Shown here piece after piece: positions 38,786-48,515 of a DNA stretch of 64,000 bases. Origin of the DNA: Halobacteriales archaeon (lineage in GTDB: Archaea; Halobacteriota; Halobacteria; Halobacteriales; SKSH01). Position 1 is the stretch's first letter, and each line of letters begins with the position of its first letter. The position numbers were made by a program, and so were the translations under genes. The notes beneath the pieces were generated by a model. That model was not told the DNA's origin and ran no database searches. It saw only the letters and a program-made list of their open reading frames with translations. The stretch spans positions 69,896 through 133,895 of the forward strand of contig SKSD01000010.1 of the NCBI GenBank assembly GCA_007118145.1, written 5' to 3'.

Positions 38786-38927
38786 TATATGGCATCCAAA
38801 GTCACAAGTTGTTCAAGGGCACCGAGACTTTGGAGTCCATTCGGACTTGCTCAAAGTGTTCAGGTGGGTGCCCGGTCGCATACGCTCATTACCCAATCGT
38901 CTGGCCGGTGCACCTCCCGAAGACGTG

Positions 38928-40343
38928 TCAGAATACGATGGTCTCGAGGATGATGACCAGCATGATCATCCCGAGGAAGATATTCGAGGTATGGAAGGTG
39001 ACCAGCGCTGCAGGTCGCGTCTGACGACGGTATAGGTTCACCACAGCTGTGAGGAAGACGCCTGCGAAGATCACCGAAATGACAGCGAATATCCACCCAA
39101 GGGAGACGGTCGCTGCGAGGAAACCCACCGCTGTGAGCGTCGCTGCAAGGTAGAGGACGATATGTCGATGGGTGACACCTTCTCCATGCACAATCGGCAA
39201 CATCGGGAAGCCACCAGCCTGGTAGTCTCGTTGGTAGACCAACGCAAGATTGTAAAAATGAGCTGGAGTCCAGAGGAACACAATCGCACCGAGGACGAGG
39301 GCTGGTACGCCGATCGACCCGGTCACCGCAGCCCAACCTATCAGCGCCGGAAGTGCACCGACCGCCCCACCGATGACGATATTCTGCGTCGTGTTCGGTT
39401 TGAGAACCACCGTGTACACGATGCTGTAGAACACGATCGCCAGTAAAGCGAGCAACGTTGCGACGAGGTTGACGAGACTGATGAACACGATCATCGACGA
39501 AAGCGCGAGACCGACACCGAATAATAGTGCGCGTCGTGGTGGTACCTCTCCGGCCGGGACTGGTCGCCGAGCGGTGCGGTCCATCTGTTGATCGACATCA
39601 CGCTCGATCACGTGATTGAACGTCCCTGATGCACCGATGGCTAACACCCCACCGACGAGCGTCCCGGTCACCATCTGCCACGTGATCGCCACCCCTGAAC
39701 TGACGGTCGCGAGTCCGATCCCTGCCAGTGCGACAACACAGAGCAGCCACATCAGTCGCGGCTTGGTGAGTTGTACATAAGCCCACAGTGATGGTGTCGA
39801 TGTGGCAACCGAAGTGGCATCTTCGTCGCCATCCAGAGTTGGTTCCTGACGAACTGATGAGACGTACTCAGACTGCACTGCACGTGTCTCCCACTCGAGC
39901 CAAAAGAGGAGTGCGACCATAGTTCCCATGAAGATCGCGATGGCTATCCCGAGGTGGATGCCCGAGATAGCGGTGCTCCCTCCGTGAATCGCTGTCAACG
40001 CACCCACCGCCACTTGAAGTGGATAGATGAGGACGACACCGGTGAGCGTCAGGCGTACCTTGCGTGGTACCGCGTTGAGCCATGACCATATCGTCGCGGA
40101 TACGAGGCCAATACCGACGATGACTGACAGTAATCGGTGGCCCATCGCGATAAGCACGTCCGTATCGCTGACGTTCACCATCCATGAGCCATCACACGTC
40201 GGCCACGTGGTGCATGCGCTGACCGCCTCGACGTACGACACGGTGACACCTGAGATGAGCAACGCATACACGGCGAGGGCGAGTCCTACGAGAACGGTGG
40301 TGAACCCGTTTTTGAACACCTCTGTACGTAGATCTGATGACAT
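38928..40343 (-). CDS. ctaB: heme o synthase (protoheme IX farnesyltransferase) with N-terminal CtaA/COX15-like domain
   Basis: UbiA-type C-terminal part (LTKPRLMWLLCVVALAG ...) and an N-terminal part with CTTWPTC, typical of CtaA-like domains. 471 aa. Confidence 0.85.
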   Translation of the reverse strand: MSSDLRTEVFKNGFTTVLVGLALAVYALLISGVTVSYVEAVSACTTWPTCDGSWMVNVSDTDVLIAMGHRLLSVIVGIGLVSATIWSWLNAVPRKVRLTLTGVVLIYPLQVAVGALTAIHGGSTAISGIHLGIAIAIFMGTMVALLFWLEWETRAVQSEYVSSVRQEPTLDGDEDATSVATSTPSLWAYVQLTKPRLMWLLCVVALAGIGLATVSSGVAITWQMVTGTLVGGVLAIGASGTFNHVIERDVDQQMDRTARRPVPAGEVPPRRALLFGVGLALSSMIVFISLVNLVATLLALLAIVFYSIVYTVVLKPNTTQNIVIGGAVGALPALIGWAAVTGSIGVPALVLGAIVFLWTPAHFYNLALVYQRDYQAGGFPMLPIVHGEGVTHRHIVLYLAATLTAVGFLAATVSLGWIFAVISVIFAGVFLTAVVNLYRRQTRPAALVTFHTSNIFLGMIMLVIILETIVF

Positions 40344-40564
40344 CGAATGGTTGATTGGTGTATGGTCGGCAGCGGGATAACAAATACACTACGATACGGT
40401 GAATCCGTCACACCTGGTCTTGATCTGATTGTACACCCTGCCACAAGTCCAAGGGTGGATCTTCAACTCCAAGGGATTTCGAATCACGATTGATTATGGG
40501 TATCACTTCTCACCCACTGGAAGCAACCGACCGGCTTTTACACGACTGAAACGAAGCTGTGAGT

Positions 40565-40957
40565 ATGCAACGAGAAATTCATGTGAGCCGCCGACAGATG
40601 CTCGGAGCAGTCAGCGGAACGCTCACCGTGGGATTGGCTGGATGTGTGGGTGATGATGACAACAACAATGACGTCGACAACCTCGTCTACGCAGGGACGG
40701 ATGACGCACCGTTCCAGTTCGTCCCCGATACGATTGAGGTGAGCGTCGGTGAGACGGTCAACTGGCGTTGGGGGACTGACACGCACAACATCGTTGTTGA
40801 ATCTCAACCAGATGGGGCTGACTGGCCAGGCCATCCAGAGATCCAAAACACCAACCACGAATACTCCTATACCTTCGAGGTCCCGGGGACGTACGAATAC
40901 GTCTGTGAACCACACCGAGGAGTGGACATGTACGGTACCGTCATCGTCTCTGACTAA
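40565..40957 (+). CDS. halocyanin (type I blue copper lipoprotein)
   Basis: Tat motif SRRQML, lipobox LAGC, and copper ligands in YVCEPHRGVDMYG (C-x2-H-x4-M). The ATG at 40565 is preferred to the GTG at 40559. Confidence 0.8.
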   Translation: MQREIHVSRRQMLGAVSGTLTVGLAGCVGDDDNNNDVDNLVYAGTDDAPFQFVPDTIEVSVGETVNWRWGTDTHNIVVESQPDGADWPGHPEIQNTNHEYSYTFEVPGTYEYVCEPHRGVDMYGTVIVSD

Positions 40958-40984
40958 CTAACTGAAATCTACCTTAAACAGTTG

Positions 40985-41368
40985 TTACGGGATTTCAAGC
41001 GAAAAGCCCGTGCGCTAGTGGAGGATGCATCCGGCGACAGGGACGCTGATTCCAGGTGTACCATACCGGATAATATATCCTAACGTAAGGATATCGGGCG
41101 AAAATTGGAGTTGGGTAGGAGTTTCCCTCCACTTAAGCGAACCCTGCGTCGGATGGCTACTCGTCCAATGAGGGTGAGTCGGGTCGATGACAATGCCTGT
41201 GAGGTGAACGTGGACACCCAAACGCACCTCGTCTCAAATGAAGTCCGATACACGACTCACGAAACACAGCCAAATCCCCGTGGTCTGGTCGAGGTGCCTA
41301 AGGGAACGGAGATCGGGCTTTGCTGTTTCACAAAGGAATCTGCGCCCGGCAGGGCTTGAGGACATCAA
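40985..41368 (+). mobile_element. tnpB-less IS200/IS605 (IS1341-type) tail element with omega-RNA-like scaffold, copy 2
   Basis: Co-linear with 31794-32115 and begins with the same TTACGG. It has the same conserved blocks, including the identical 18-mer at 41172-41189. A long-range helix pairs 41028-41042 with 41142-41155. It carries an insertion of about 75 nt relative to copy 1, and a terminal hairpin at 41344-41355 followed by TTGAGGACATCAA. Stops occur in all frames. Confidence 0.55.
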
Positions 41369-41437
41369 TCACGTACACATCTCACCCACCGAACAGAGAT
41401 GGCCTTGGTATTTGCATTGAGGGAGCTATGTGCAATT

Positions 41438-41800
41438 GTGACGTCCCCCAACGGCTAAAGCCGTGAGATTTCCTCAGTTACTGTCAGCGATGCCGAGGTC
41501 AGTGTGCAGGTATGCTAGCTCAGAACTCTCGTCAGTACCGTTCGTTCACCGTCCGGAACAGTATCCATCGATTGGCGTGGTTTGACCTGTGTTGCCGGAC
41601 TCGAGGGCGACGTGTTTCATGTCTTGTTAGCGATACGCTACATGTGTGTCTTATCGAAGTGAACGTTTGCTGTGAATATCGTCCATGAACAGCAGTCTCG
41701 CCTGTATGTGCACTCGCGCGGTATGTGACCCCCGAAGGTATGTTCACTGCTGAGCCATGAGAATCACCTAGCCAATTTAGGATGTCGCCTCCGACGATGC
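41438..41800 (-). repeat. possible third, inverted and more decayed copy of the same tail element
   Basis: The right-end hairpin/tail at 41438-41477 is clear: minus strand GAGGAAATCTCACGGCTTTAGCCGTTGGGGGACGTCAC. Similarity further in is weak: GACATCCTAAATTGG versus CACATCCTGCGGATATTGG in copy 1, and a decayed peptide DILNWLGDSHGSAVNI. Confidence 0.35.
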
Positions 41801-41804
41801 TACT

Positions 41805-44504
41805 GTGGCGAATCAATCGAGTCTCTCACCGTCATCGATAGCCGATGTCGATGATTGGCATAGCATCCACTATGAGGAGCTATTGACCCGATTGGAGACC
41901 GATGAGGAGGGACTGAGTCGGTCTGAGGCAGCACATCGGTTGGAGACGTTCGGACCAAACGATATCGAGACAGAAGAGGGTACCTCGCTGTTTCGTATCT
42001 TCCTTGAACAGTATACCTCCGTCCTGATCTGGGTCCTCATAGTAGCTGCCATAGTTATGGCAGCGGTGGGTCACACGATCGATGCCGCGGTCATCGCAGG
42101 TATCGTCGTGTTCATCACCATCTTTGGCTTCCTTCAGGATTACCGTGCCGAGCAAAGTATCCAGGCACTCAAGGAGATGGCCACCACGCACGCGATCGTC
42201 CGCCGTGAGGGATCGAAGCTCGAGATAGATGCACAAAAGGTGGTCCCTGGTGACATCGTTTTCGTCGAATCAGGTGATATCGTTCCGGCAGATGCTCGCT
42301 TACTTGAGGTATCCAACCTCCGTGTCGATGAGGCGATCCTGACAGGAGAGAGTGTCGGGGTCACCAAGGACACCGAACCGGTCGAAACCGACATCTCAGT
42401 CGCTGATCGGACGTGTATGATGTATCGCGATACGACCGTCCTACGAGGCTCTGGTATCGGAATCGTCGTCAACACCGGGCAGCAGACCGAGGTCGGCCAG
42501 ATCGCAACGGCACTCGGCGAGGCAGAGGAGCGAGATACGCCGTTTCAGACGGAGATGGACCGACTCGGCAAGCTCATCGCTATCGGTGTCATCGCCATCG
42601 TGTCGGTCATCGCATTTACCGAGCTCATCATCGGTGACACCGAACCGCTGGATGTATTTCTCACCGCGGTAGGGGTCGCTGTATCGGCCGTTCCCGAGGG
42701 GCTCCCAGCAGTGGTCACCTTGTCACTGGCCCTCGGTGCGCGACGAATGGCCGAGCAGAACGCCCTCGTGCGGAGGTTGCCCATCGTCGAGGCACTCGGC
42801 TCGGTGAACGTCATCTGCACGGACAAGACCGGGACGTTAACCGAGGAGGAGATGACGGTTCAACAGATCGTCTCAGGAGAACAGCATATCGAGGTGACCG
42901 GGAGTGGGTACGATACCGAGGGTGAGTTCCTGGTCGATGGTGAGCCCATTGACATCGAACCACACATCGAGCTGTTCCGTTGTAGTATGTTGTGTAACAA
43001 CGTCGATATCGGAACTCGAGAGGACGCTGAGGGTGAAGATATCGCTTATTTAGGCGACCCCACCGAGATCGCACTTTTCGTCAGTGCTGAGAAGGCAGGG
43101 ATCGACCACGACCGGGTTGATCAGGAGTTCCCACGCACAGGAGAGGTCGAGTTCACCTCAGCTCGAAAACGCATGACGACGGTCCATGAGCATCCAGAGG
43201 GTGGTCACGTTGCATACATGAAGGGTGCACCGGAGGCAGTCCTTGAGCGGTCCTCACACGAGCTGATCGGTGGTGAGATCATCGAGCTCACAGACGACCG
43301 TCGTGCTGAGTTAACACAGACGGTCGAGAGTCTCGCGGAGGATGCCCTCAGGGTCATGGGATTCGCGTATCGACCAGATGCACCTGCTGATGCATCTGAG
43401 GATATCGAGGATGAGATGGTGTTTCTTGGGTTACAGGGTATGCTCGACCCGCCACGACCTGAGGTTCCAGATGCCATCGAGGGATGTCTGAACGCTGGTA
43501 TTCGCGTGATCATGATCACCGGTGATAACGCCATCACGGCGAAGGCTATCTCGAAGGAAATCGGTCTCGACGCTTCCTCCGTTGTGACGGGGAAGGAGAT
43601 CGATGCCATGTCGAGCGATGAACTCAGCGAACGCGTCGAGGATGTCACCATCTTTGCACGCACCTCACCAGAACACAAATCGACGATCCTCCGCCGATTA
43701 CAAGATAACGGCCACGTCGTCGCGATGACAGGCGACGGCGTGAACGATGCACCGGCGGTGAAGAACGCCGATGTCGGTGTGGCGATGGGTATCCGTGGGA
43801 CCGATGTGACTGAACAGGCATCGGATATCATCCTCCTCGATGATAACTTTGCAACCATCCGTGATGCGGTGAGAGGTGGCAGACGGATCTTCGACAACGT
43901 TCGTAAATTCGTCAATTACCTGCTCTCTGGGAATGGTGGCGAGGTGACGATGATCTTCACTGGGTCGATGGTGGGGTTCGGGCTGGTAATCACACCGATT
44001 CAGATCCTGTGGATCAACGTGGTGACCGATGGTATCCCAGCGCTATCCATGGGGGTAGACCCAGCTGCTGACGATATCATGGATCGCCCACCACGACCGC
44101 GTGATGAGGGGGTCATCACGCGACGGATCGTCACGTCGATCATCGGTATCGCCCTGTTTATGACAGCGTGTCTCTTGCCAGTGTTCTACATCCATCGTGA
44201 CGACATCGTCCTCGCCCAGACGATGATCTTCACCGGGTTCGTCCTCATGGAGATCGTCCGCATTCAGGCGATCAGGTATCGTTACGGACTCGGTCTCTTC
44301 TCGAATCGATGGCTCGTCATCGCCGTCGCGGTGGCGTTCATCTTGCAACTATTGGTCCTATACACCCCCATCGGGCAGACCTTGTTCAGCGTCGAACCAT
44401 TGACGCTCACACACTGGGGTCAGTTACTCATCGCCGCAGGCGCCTTCGTCGTGCTGATGGCCATCTTCGTCAAGGTACAAGACCGATACTTCGAGCGCTA
44501 CTGA
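41805..44504 (+). CDS. cation-transporting P-type ATPase (type II, Ca2+/Mg2+-like)
   Basis: Phosphorylation site [24 protein letters not shown]. 899 aa with GTG start, and no in-frame ATG near the conserved N-terminal region. Confidence 0.9.
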   Translation: MANQSSLSPSSIADVDDWHSIHYEELLTRLETDEEGLSRSEAAHRLETFGPNDIETEEGTSLFRIFLEQYTSVLIWVLIVAAIVMAAVGHTIDAAVIAGIVVFITIFGFLQDYRAEQSIQALKEMATTHAIVRREGSKLEIDAQKVVPGDIVFVESGDIVPADARLLEVSNLRVDEAILTGESVGVTKDTEPVETDISVADRTCMMYRDTTVLRGSGIGIVVNTGQQTEVGQIATALGEAEERDTPFQTEMDRLGKLIAIGVIAIVSVIAFTELIIGDTEPLDVFLTAVGVAVSAVPEGLPAVVTLSLALGARRMAEQNALVRRLPIVEALGSVNVICTDKTGTLTEEEMTVQQIVSGEQHIEVTGSGYDTEGEFLVDGEPIDIEPHIELFRCSMLCNNVDIGTREDAEGEDIAYLGDPTEIALFVSAEKAGIDHDRVDQEFPRTGEVEFTSARKRMTTVHEHPEGGHVAYMKGAPEAVLERSSHELIGGEIIELTDDRRAELTQTVESLAEDALRVMGFAYRPDAPADASEDIEDEMVFLGLQGMLDPPRPEVPDAIEGCLNAGIRVIMITGDNAITAKAISKEIGLDASSVVTGKEIDAMSSDELSERVEDVTIFARTSPEHKSTILRRLQDNGHVVAMTGDGVNDAPAVKNADVGVAMGIRGTDVTEQASDIILLDDNFATIRDAVRGGRRIFDNVRKFVNYLLSGNGGEVTMIFTGSMVGFGLVITPIQILWINVVTDGIPALSMGVDPAADDIMDRPPRPRDEGVITRRIVTSIIGIALFMTACLLPVFYIHRDDIVLAQTMIFTGFVLMEIVRIQAIRYRYGLGLFSNRWLVIAVAVAFILQLLVLYTPIGQTLFSVEPLTLTHWGQLLIAAGAFVVLMAIFVKVQDRYFERY

Positions 44505-44551
44505 TAGTTGTCGCCGACGTTATTTTATCGCAGGGCCACCTAGCATAGCAC

Positions 44552-44737
44552 ATGAACCTTCATTGCCTCCTCTATGGTCACATGTGGCGTCATCCAGGGG
44601 AGTTCTCCATCATCCTCTCGAACGAACATGGACCCATCCATCCGTTCGCGTGTGAGCGGTGTGATTCTCCTGGAGCACTCCAATCTATCGACGGGGAATG
44701 GCTTTCTGACCTTGACGTCGATGACTTCAGCATCTGA
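44552..44737 (+). CDS. small zinc-ribbon-like protein (DUF1660-like pattern), tentative
   Basis: MNLHCLLYGHMW ... ACERCD recalls the C-x-L-x-G-H-x-W ... C-x-R-C pattern of DUF1660 proteins. Acidic tail. A fully antisense ORF (44540-44740) competes with it. Confidence 0.35.
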   Translation: MNLHCLLYGHMWRHPGEFSIILSNEHGPIHPFACERCDSPGALQSIDGEWLSDLDVDDFSI

Positions 44738-44752
44738 CAAAGTATGATACCC

Positions 44753-46069
44753 TCACTCCTCCTTGGCTGAGCGGGTGACATCGACGTGATACTTACTGAG
44801 TATATCGCGGCCGATCAGCACCGGATACTCCATATGGCCTCGGTCCTCGACACTCGCGGTGACCGTATGCCAGTGGCCATCGATACCGACGAGGAGATCG
44901 ACAACCGGGCGTGCCTTCGACTGTTGACGGAGCCCAGAGCGCACACGTGTTTGATGCTTGATCGGACCCGCTCCGATCGACGCTGCGAGCTCAAGGTCGA
45001 TACTCGTCCGACGTGCACCCGTGTCTGATTTTGCCAAAACACGTTTCGTACCAGCCGTGCCGGTGACGGTCACCTGCTCGGTATACCCGATGATCGGTCG
45101 TCCATCGGCATCGATCGCTTGTACCTCCGCTGGCAGACACGACGGGACTGAATCGTCGAGCTCGCTGGCGATCGAGGTGACGGATGCATCGTCGACAGAC
45201 TGACCTGCCTTCTCGATGGCGAGTCGGGCGATATATGGCGCTGGACTCACCCCGGTCGCCTTGAACAGACCCCGGAATCCAGCTGTTGGGTTGACCTCGA
45301 GGACGAACCATTCATCGTCACGGTGGATGATGTCGATCCCGGCATAGTCTAGCCCGATGACCTCCGTTGCCTTGTGTGCCATCCGACCGACCGCTGGGGG
45401 GAGTTCGTCGGTTGCATCGGCCACCTCACCACCCTCCGCCACGTTCGTCCTGAACTCGCCCGACCGTGCCGTACGTTTCATCGCACCGACGATCTCATCG
45501 CCAATCACGTAGACACGATAATCGAACGGGTTGGTATCCGATGTCGGGATGAACTCCTGTAAGAATGCCTGGCGGTTGACTGCCATGGGTTCGAGGGGTT
45601 GATCCACATCGACGAGCTGAGTTCCATCACCGTGTGTTCCAATGGCGAACTTGTAGACAGCTCGCTCGTCGAAGTGTGCCCGGGCATCGTCGAGTCTGGC
45701 TGGATCAAGGGCGAGATATGCCTCTGGGACGAGGATGTTCTCCTCGACTAGGGAGGTACCGGTCGCGAACTTATGCATCGCTCGGAGTACCTTACCTGGG
45801 CGGTTGAGGACTGGTACCACATCCTCGAACATACTGGCAAGACCGAGTAACTCAGCAGCCTGATCGGTTCGTGAGAGCAACAGCCGGTTCAATACCACAT
45901 CAACGTCCGGGTCGATCTCAATCCCATCTCGAGTGATATGTATGGCTGTGTTCTCTCGTCTCAACCACTCGGCTTCATGACCGAGGTCCTCGATCGCATT
46001 GAGGATAGCCTTCGTCTCCTTGCTGGTGTGGAGGCTTAACACACCGACGCGCACAGGGGATTCATCCAT
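44753..46069 (-). CDS. RimK-type ATP-grasp ligase fused to a C-terminal retropepsin-like (DUF785) domain
   Basis: ATP-grasp core (VIGLDYAGIDII ... FVLEVNPTAGF). The C-terminal 130 aa, AKSDTGARRTSIDLELAASIG ... YPVLIGRDIL, resemble the ATP-dependent zinc protease/RimB-like domain. Confidence 0.8.
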   Translation of the reverse strand: MDESPVRVGVLSLHTSKETKAILNAIEDLGHEAEWLRRENTAIHITRDGIEIDPDVDVVLNRLLLSRTDQAAELLGLASMFEDVVPVLNRPGKVLRAMHKFATGTSLVEENILVPEAYLALDPARLDDARAHFDERAVYKFAIGTHGDGTQLVDVDQPLEPMAVNRQAFLQEFIPTSDTNPFDYRVYVIGDEIVGAMKRTARSGEFRTNVAEGGEVADATDELPPAVGRMAHKATEVIGLDYAGIDIIHRDDEWFVLEVNPTAGFRGLFKATGVSPAPYIARLAIEKAGQSVDDASVTSIASELDDSVPSCLPAEVQAIDADGRPIIGYTEQVTVTGTAGTKRVLAKSDTGARRTSIDLELAASIGAGPIKHQTRVRSGLRQQSKARPVVDLLVGIDGHWHTVTASVEDRGHMEYPVLIGRDILSKYHVDVTRSAKEE

Positions 46070-46262
46070 CGTTATCGCTCATCCATAGTTTTCTTGATGA
46101 ACCCTCATAGGTTCTCTGGGATGGAGTATACTCACGGCCATCACACTGATGAGTTTCCGCATGCCTGTTGGGTCGGCTATCAGTAGGGGACGACTCAGTG
46201 TTTATCCCCGATGACGAGGCAAGGGTCTGTGCAACCCACGATCGCGGGTTGTGAGAACCCCT

Positions 46263-47183
46263 ATGCACGAATGCACTCACCACCTATCTCGCAGGCAGTT
46301 ACTGAAGCACACCGGAGTGGCGCTCACCACAGTGCCAGTGCTCAGCTACGGCCTTGGCACTGCAGCAGCTAGATCTCACCCATCGATACCACTCCTCGCA
46401 GGACGACATACAGAGGTGGGAACGCTCGATATAGACCTCAGTGGCGAGGAGGTGACCGTGAGCTACGATACCGGTGCCACGGCTTGGTACCTCGATGAGA
46501 CGCACCTCCACATTGGTGCTTCCCTCGAGGATGTCCCTCGGACTCCAACAGGCAATCCGATCATCGGTCAGTTCGATCACACCGGGGAGGAGGTGACTGA
46601 TGGAGGGACCAAGGTCGTCTACCACGGCCTTGGCGTACCTGAGGGTACAGATGAGTTGATCATCGCGGCACATGCAGTCGTCAGCCAATCGGGTGAGCAC
46701 GATACTGCATGGGCAGATGGTGAACCGTTCATACCCTCGGGGAAGGGTAGCTGGGCCACCTATGTCAGCCTCTCAACACGAAAGTGTATCTCACTCAACA
46801 TGCAACGCGAAGCCCAGTATATACAACTTCGAGATCTCGACCTCTGGGACCCGTTCATCCTCGAGATGTATGCTGTGGAAGACGGTGACGTACCGCTCGG
46901 CGGTGAGCGTGATGTCCTGATCAGCGTGACCAATCACCATGGTTCGCTCGACGACGCTCCCACATCGATCGCACATGGGATGGTCGAAGAGCTACCGTTC
47001 ACCGATGGGAGAGCGAACATCTCGATCGGTGGGTACGACACATCCGATCCAGTCGACCTAACCATGCCTTGCTCCGTCGAGCACCTCTGTGAGGTCAATC
47101 ATATCGAGACGATCGACGTACTGATCGACAACGGTGGTGAGGTGACATCGCTGTACGTCTGTCAACGTTCAGCGACTACGTGA
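46263..47183 (+). CDS. secreted hypothetical protein with Tat signal
   Basis: HLSRRQLLKHTGVALTTVPVLSYGLGTAAA is a twin-arginine signal. I recognise no domain in the rest. Confidence 0.55.
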   Translation: MHECTHHLSRRQLLKHTGVALTTVPVLSYGLGTAAARSHPSIPLLAGRHTEVGTLDIDLSGEEVTVSYDTGATAWYLDETHLHIGASLEDVPRTPTGNPIIGQFDHTGEEVTDGGTKVVYHGLGVPEGTDELIIAAHAVVSQSGEHDTAWADGEPFIPSGKGSWATYVSLSTRKCISLNMQREAQYIQLRDLDLWDPFILEMYAVEDGDVPLGGERDVLISVTNHHGSLDDAPTSIAHGMVEELPFTDGRANISIGGYDTSDPVDLTMPCSVEHLCEVNHIETIDVLIDNGGEVTSLYVCQRSATT

Positions 47184-47200
47184 GCAAGTCCGCAGGCAAG

Positions 47201-48349
47201 CTATTCGAACCGATCGAGTATCCGGCGACGTCCACGTTCAAGGAATAAACCCACGGTCAGCAATATCACACCGGTAATCACGAGTGCGATCGATCCCGGG
47301 AGTGCGTCACCGAGTGTTGTGAGAAGGAACGTGAGCACCTGCGCCAGGAAGGCGACCACCACCAGGTTGATCATCGACCTGGTCTTGGAAACGAGCCCAA
47401 CCCCGACGAGGGTGAGAAGTGCCACAAGCAATACTGCGTGGACGAGGAGGAACGAAGCCATCGCAGGGATCGGCGGTGTCAACATGACAAGGCCGAGTCC
47501 GAGGATACTCGCGAATAAAGATACCTCAACCATGAGCATATCTGTCACCGCGAACACGTCACGCGAGTATCCGATCGCCACGACCAACCCGATGACCAGC
47601 CCGCCGAGTAGTAACCCGAGCAGGAGTGGTTCGAAACTTGGTTGTATTGTTTCGACATCACCACGTTGGATACCGATGAACAACAGACCGCCAATCACCG
47701 GGATCACACCCACTAACTGATATACCGCGGCGAGCTGGGATGAGCTTCGTCGAACCGCAAATCCAGCACCGATGATGAGCACACCGGTCATAGCCAGAAC
47801 GTATGTGGCATCCTCAGTCTGACTCGCAACAGCCACAGACGTGAGAAGCACCACGATACCAATCGCGGTCGTGAGGCGTGACCGTACCACGTGACCAGCT
47901 GGGATCGCACAGACAGCCCACAGGAGGAGGGGCACCTCGACACCGAATTCGGGTACGTGCATGTCCATCAACAGTATAAACATCGGCCCGAGTAGCAACA
48001 CTCCGAGGAACCACAACGCGAATCCAACCCGAGGGAAGTGCTTCCGCCTAAGCCAGACTCCAAGTCCACCTACCAACGAGGGCGCGAGGATCACGATGAC
48101 CGAGCGGCTAGCTGTCCCAAGATCACCCCAATACGTCCATAACAGCAACAACGCACCTGCACCAACAAGCGCAGATCCCATCAACGAGATAATCTCGATC
48201 AATCGACGGTCAAGACCAGTTACCTCAGTCGGGTCATCAGGTGTGACCACTCCAGCTTCTATCGCTCGAATCTGGCGAGCTGCCTCATCGTCGATGATCT
48301 CGGCCTCGAGCCACCGATCGATCGCTTTGTCCAATTCATCCCGGTCCAT
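47201..48349 (-). CDS. polytopic membrane protein (DUF2157-like)
   Basis: Soluble N-terminal helix region (MDRDELDKAIDRWLEAEIIDDEAARQIRAIE) followed by about 10 TM segments. Confidence 0.6.
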   Translation of the reverse strand: MDRDELDKAIDRWLEAEIIDDEAARQIRAIEAGVVTPDDPTEVTGLDRRLIEIISLMGSALVGAGALLLLWTYWGDLGTASRSVIVILAPSLVGGLGVWLRRKHFPRVGFALWFLGVLLLGPMFILLMDMHVPEFGVEVPLLLWAVCAIPAGHVVRSRLTTAIGIVVLLTSVAVASQTEDATYVLAMTGVLIIGAGFAVRRSSSQLAAVYQLVGVIPVIGGLLFIGIQRGDVETIQPSFEPLLLGLLLGGLVIGLVVAIGYSRDVFAVTDMLMVEVSLFASILGLGLVMLTPPIPAMASFLLVHAVLLVALLTLVGVGLVSKTRSMINLVVVAFLAQVLTFLLTTLGDALPGSIALVITGVILLTVGLFLERGRRRILDRFE

Positions 48350-48515
48350 CCGTGATACCCTTGCCAGTCGACAAGTTAGTTCACTCAGGATAACTGTCTT
48401 TATCCTTATGTCAGATAATCTTATATAATTTCCTCTGTTACCCCGGCCATGGCACTGTTGAAGTCAGAGTAAACCGCAACAGGCACATCACGCGACGGCA
48501 TACCCAGCGGTATCG

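Noticed and set aside
41532-41816. 94-aa minus-strand ORF upstream of the P-type ATPase.
   Set aside because: It is basic and Ser/Arg/His-rich, and it overlaps the ATPase start. It is interpreted as part of a decayed IS tail and not as a gene.
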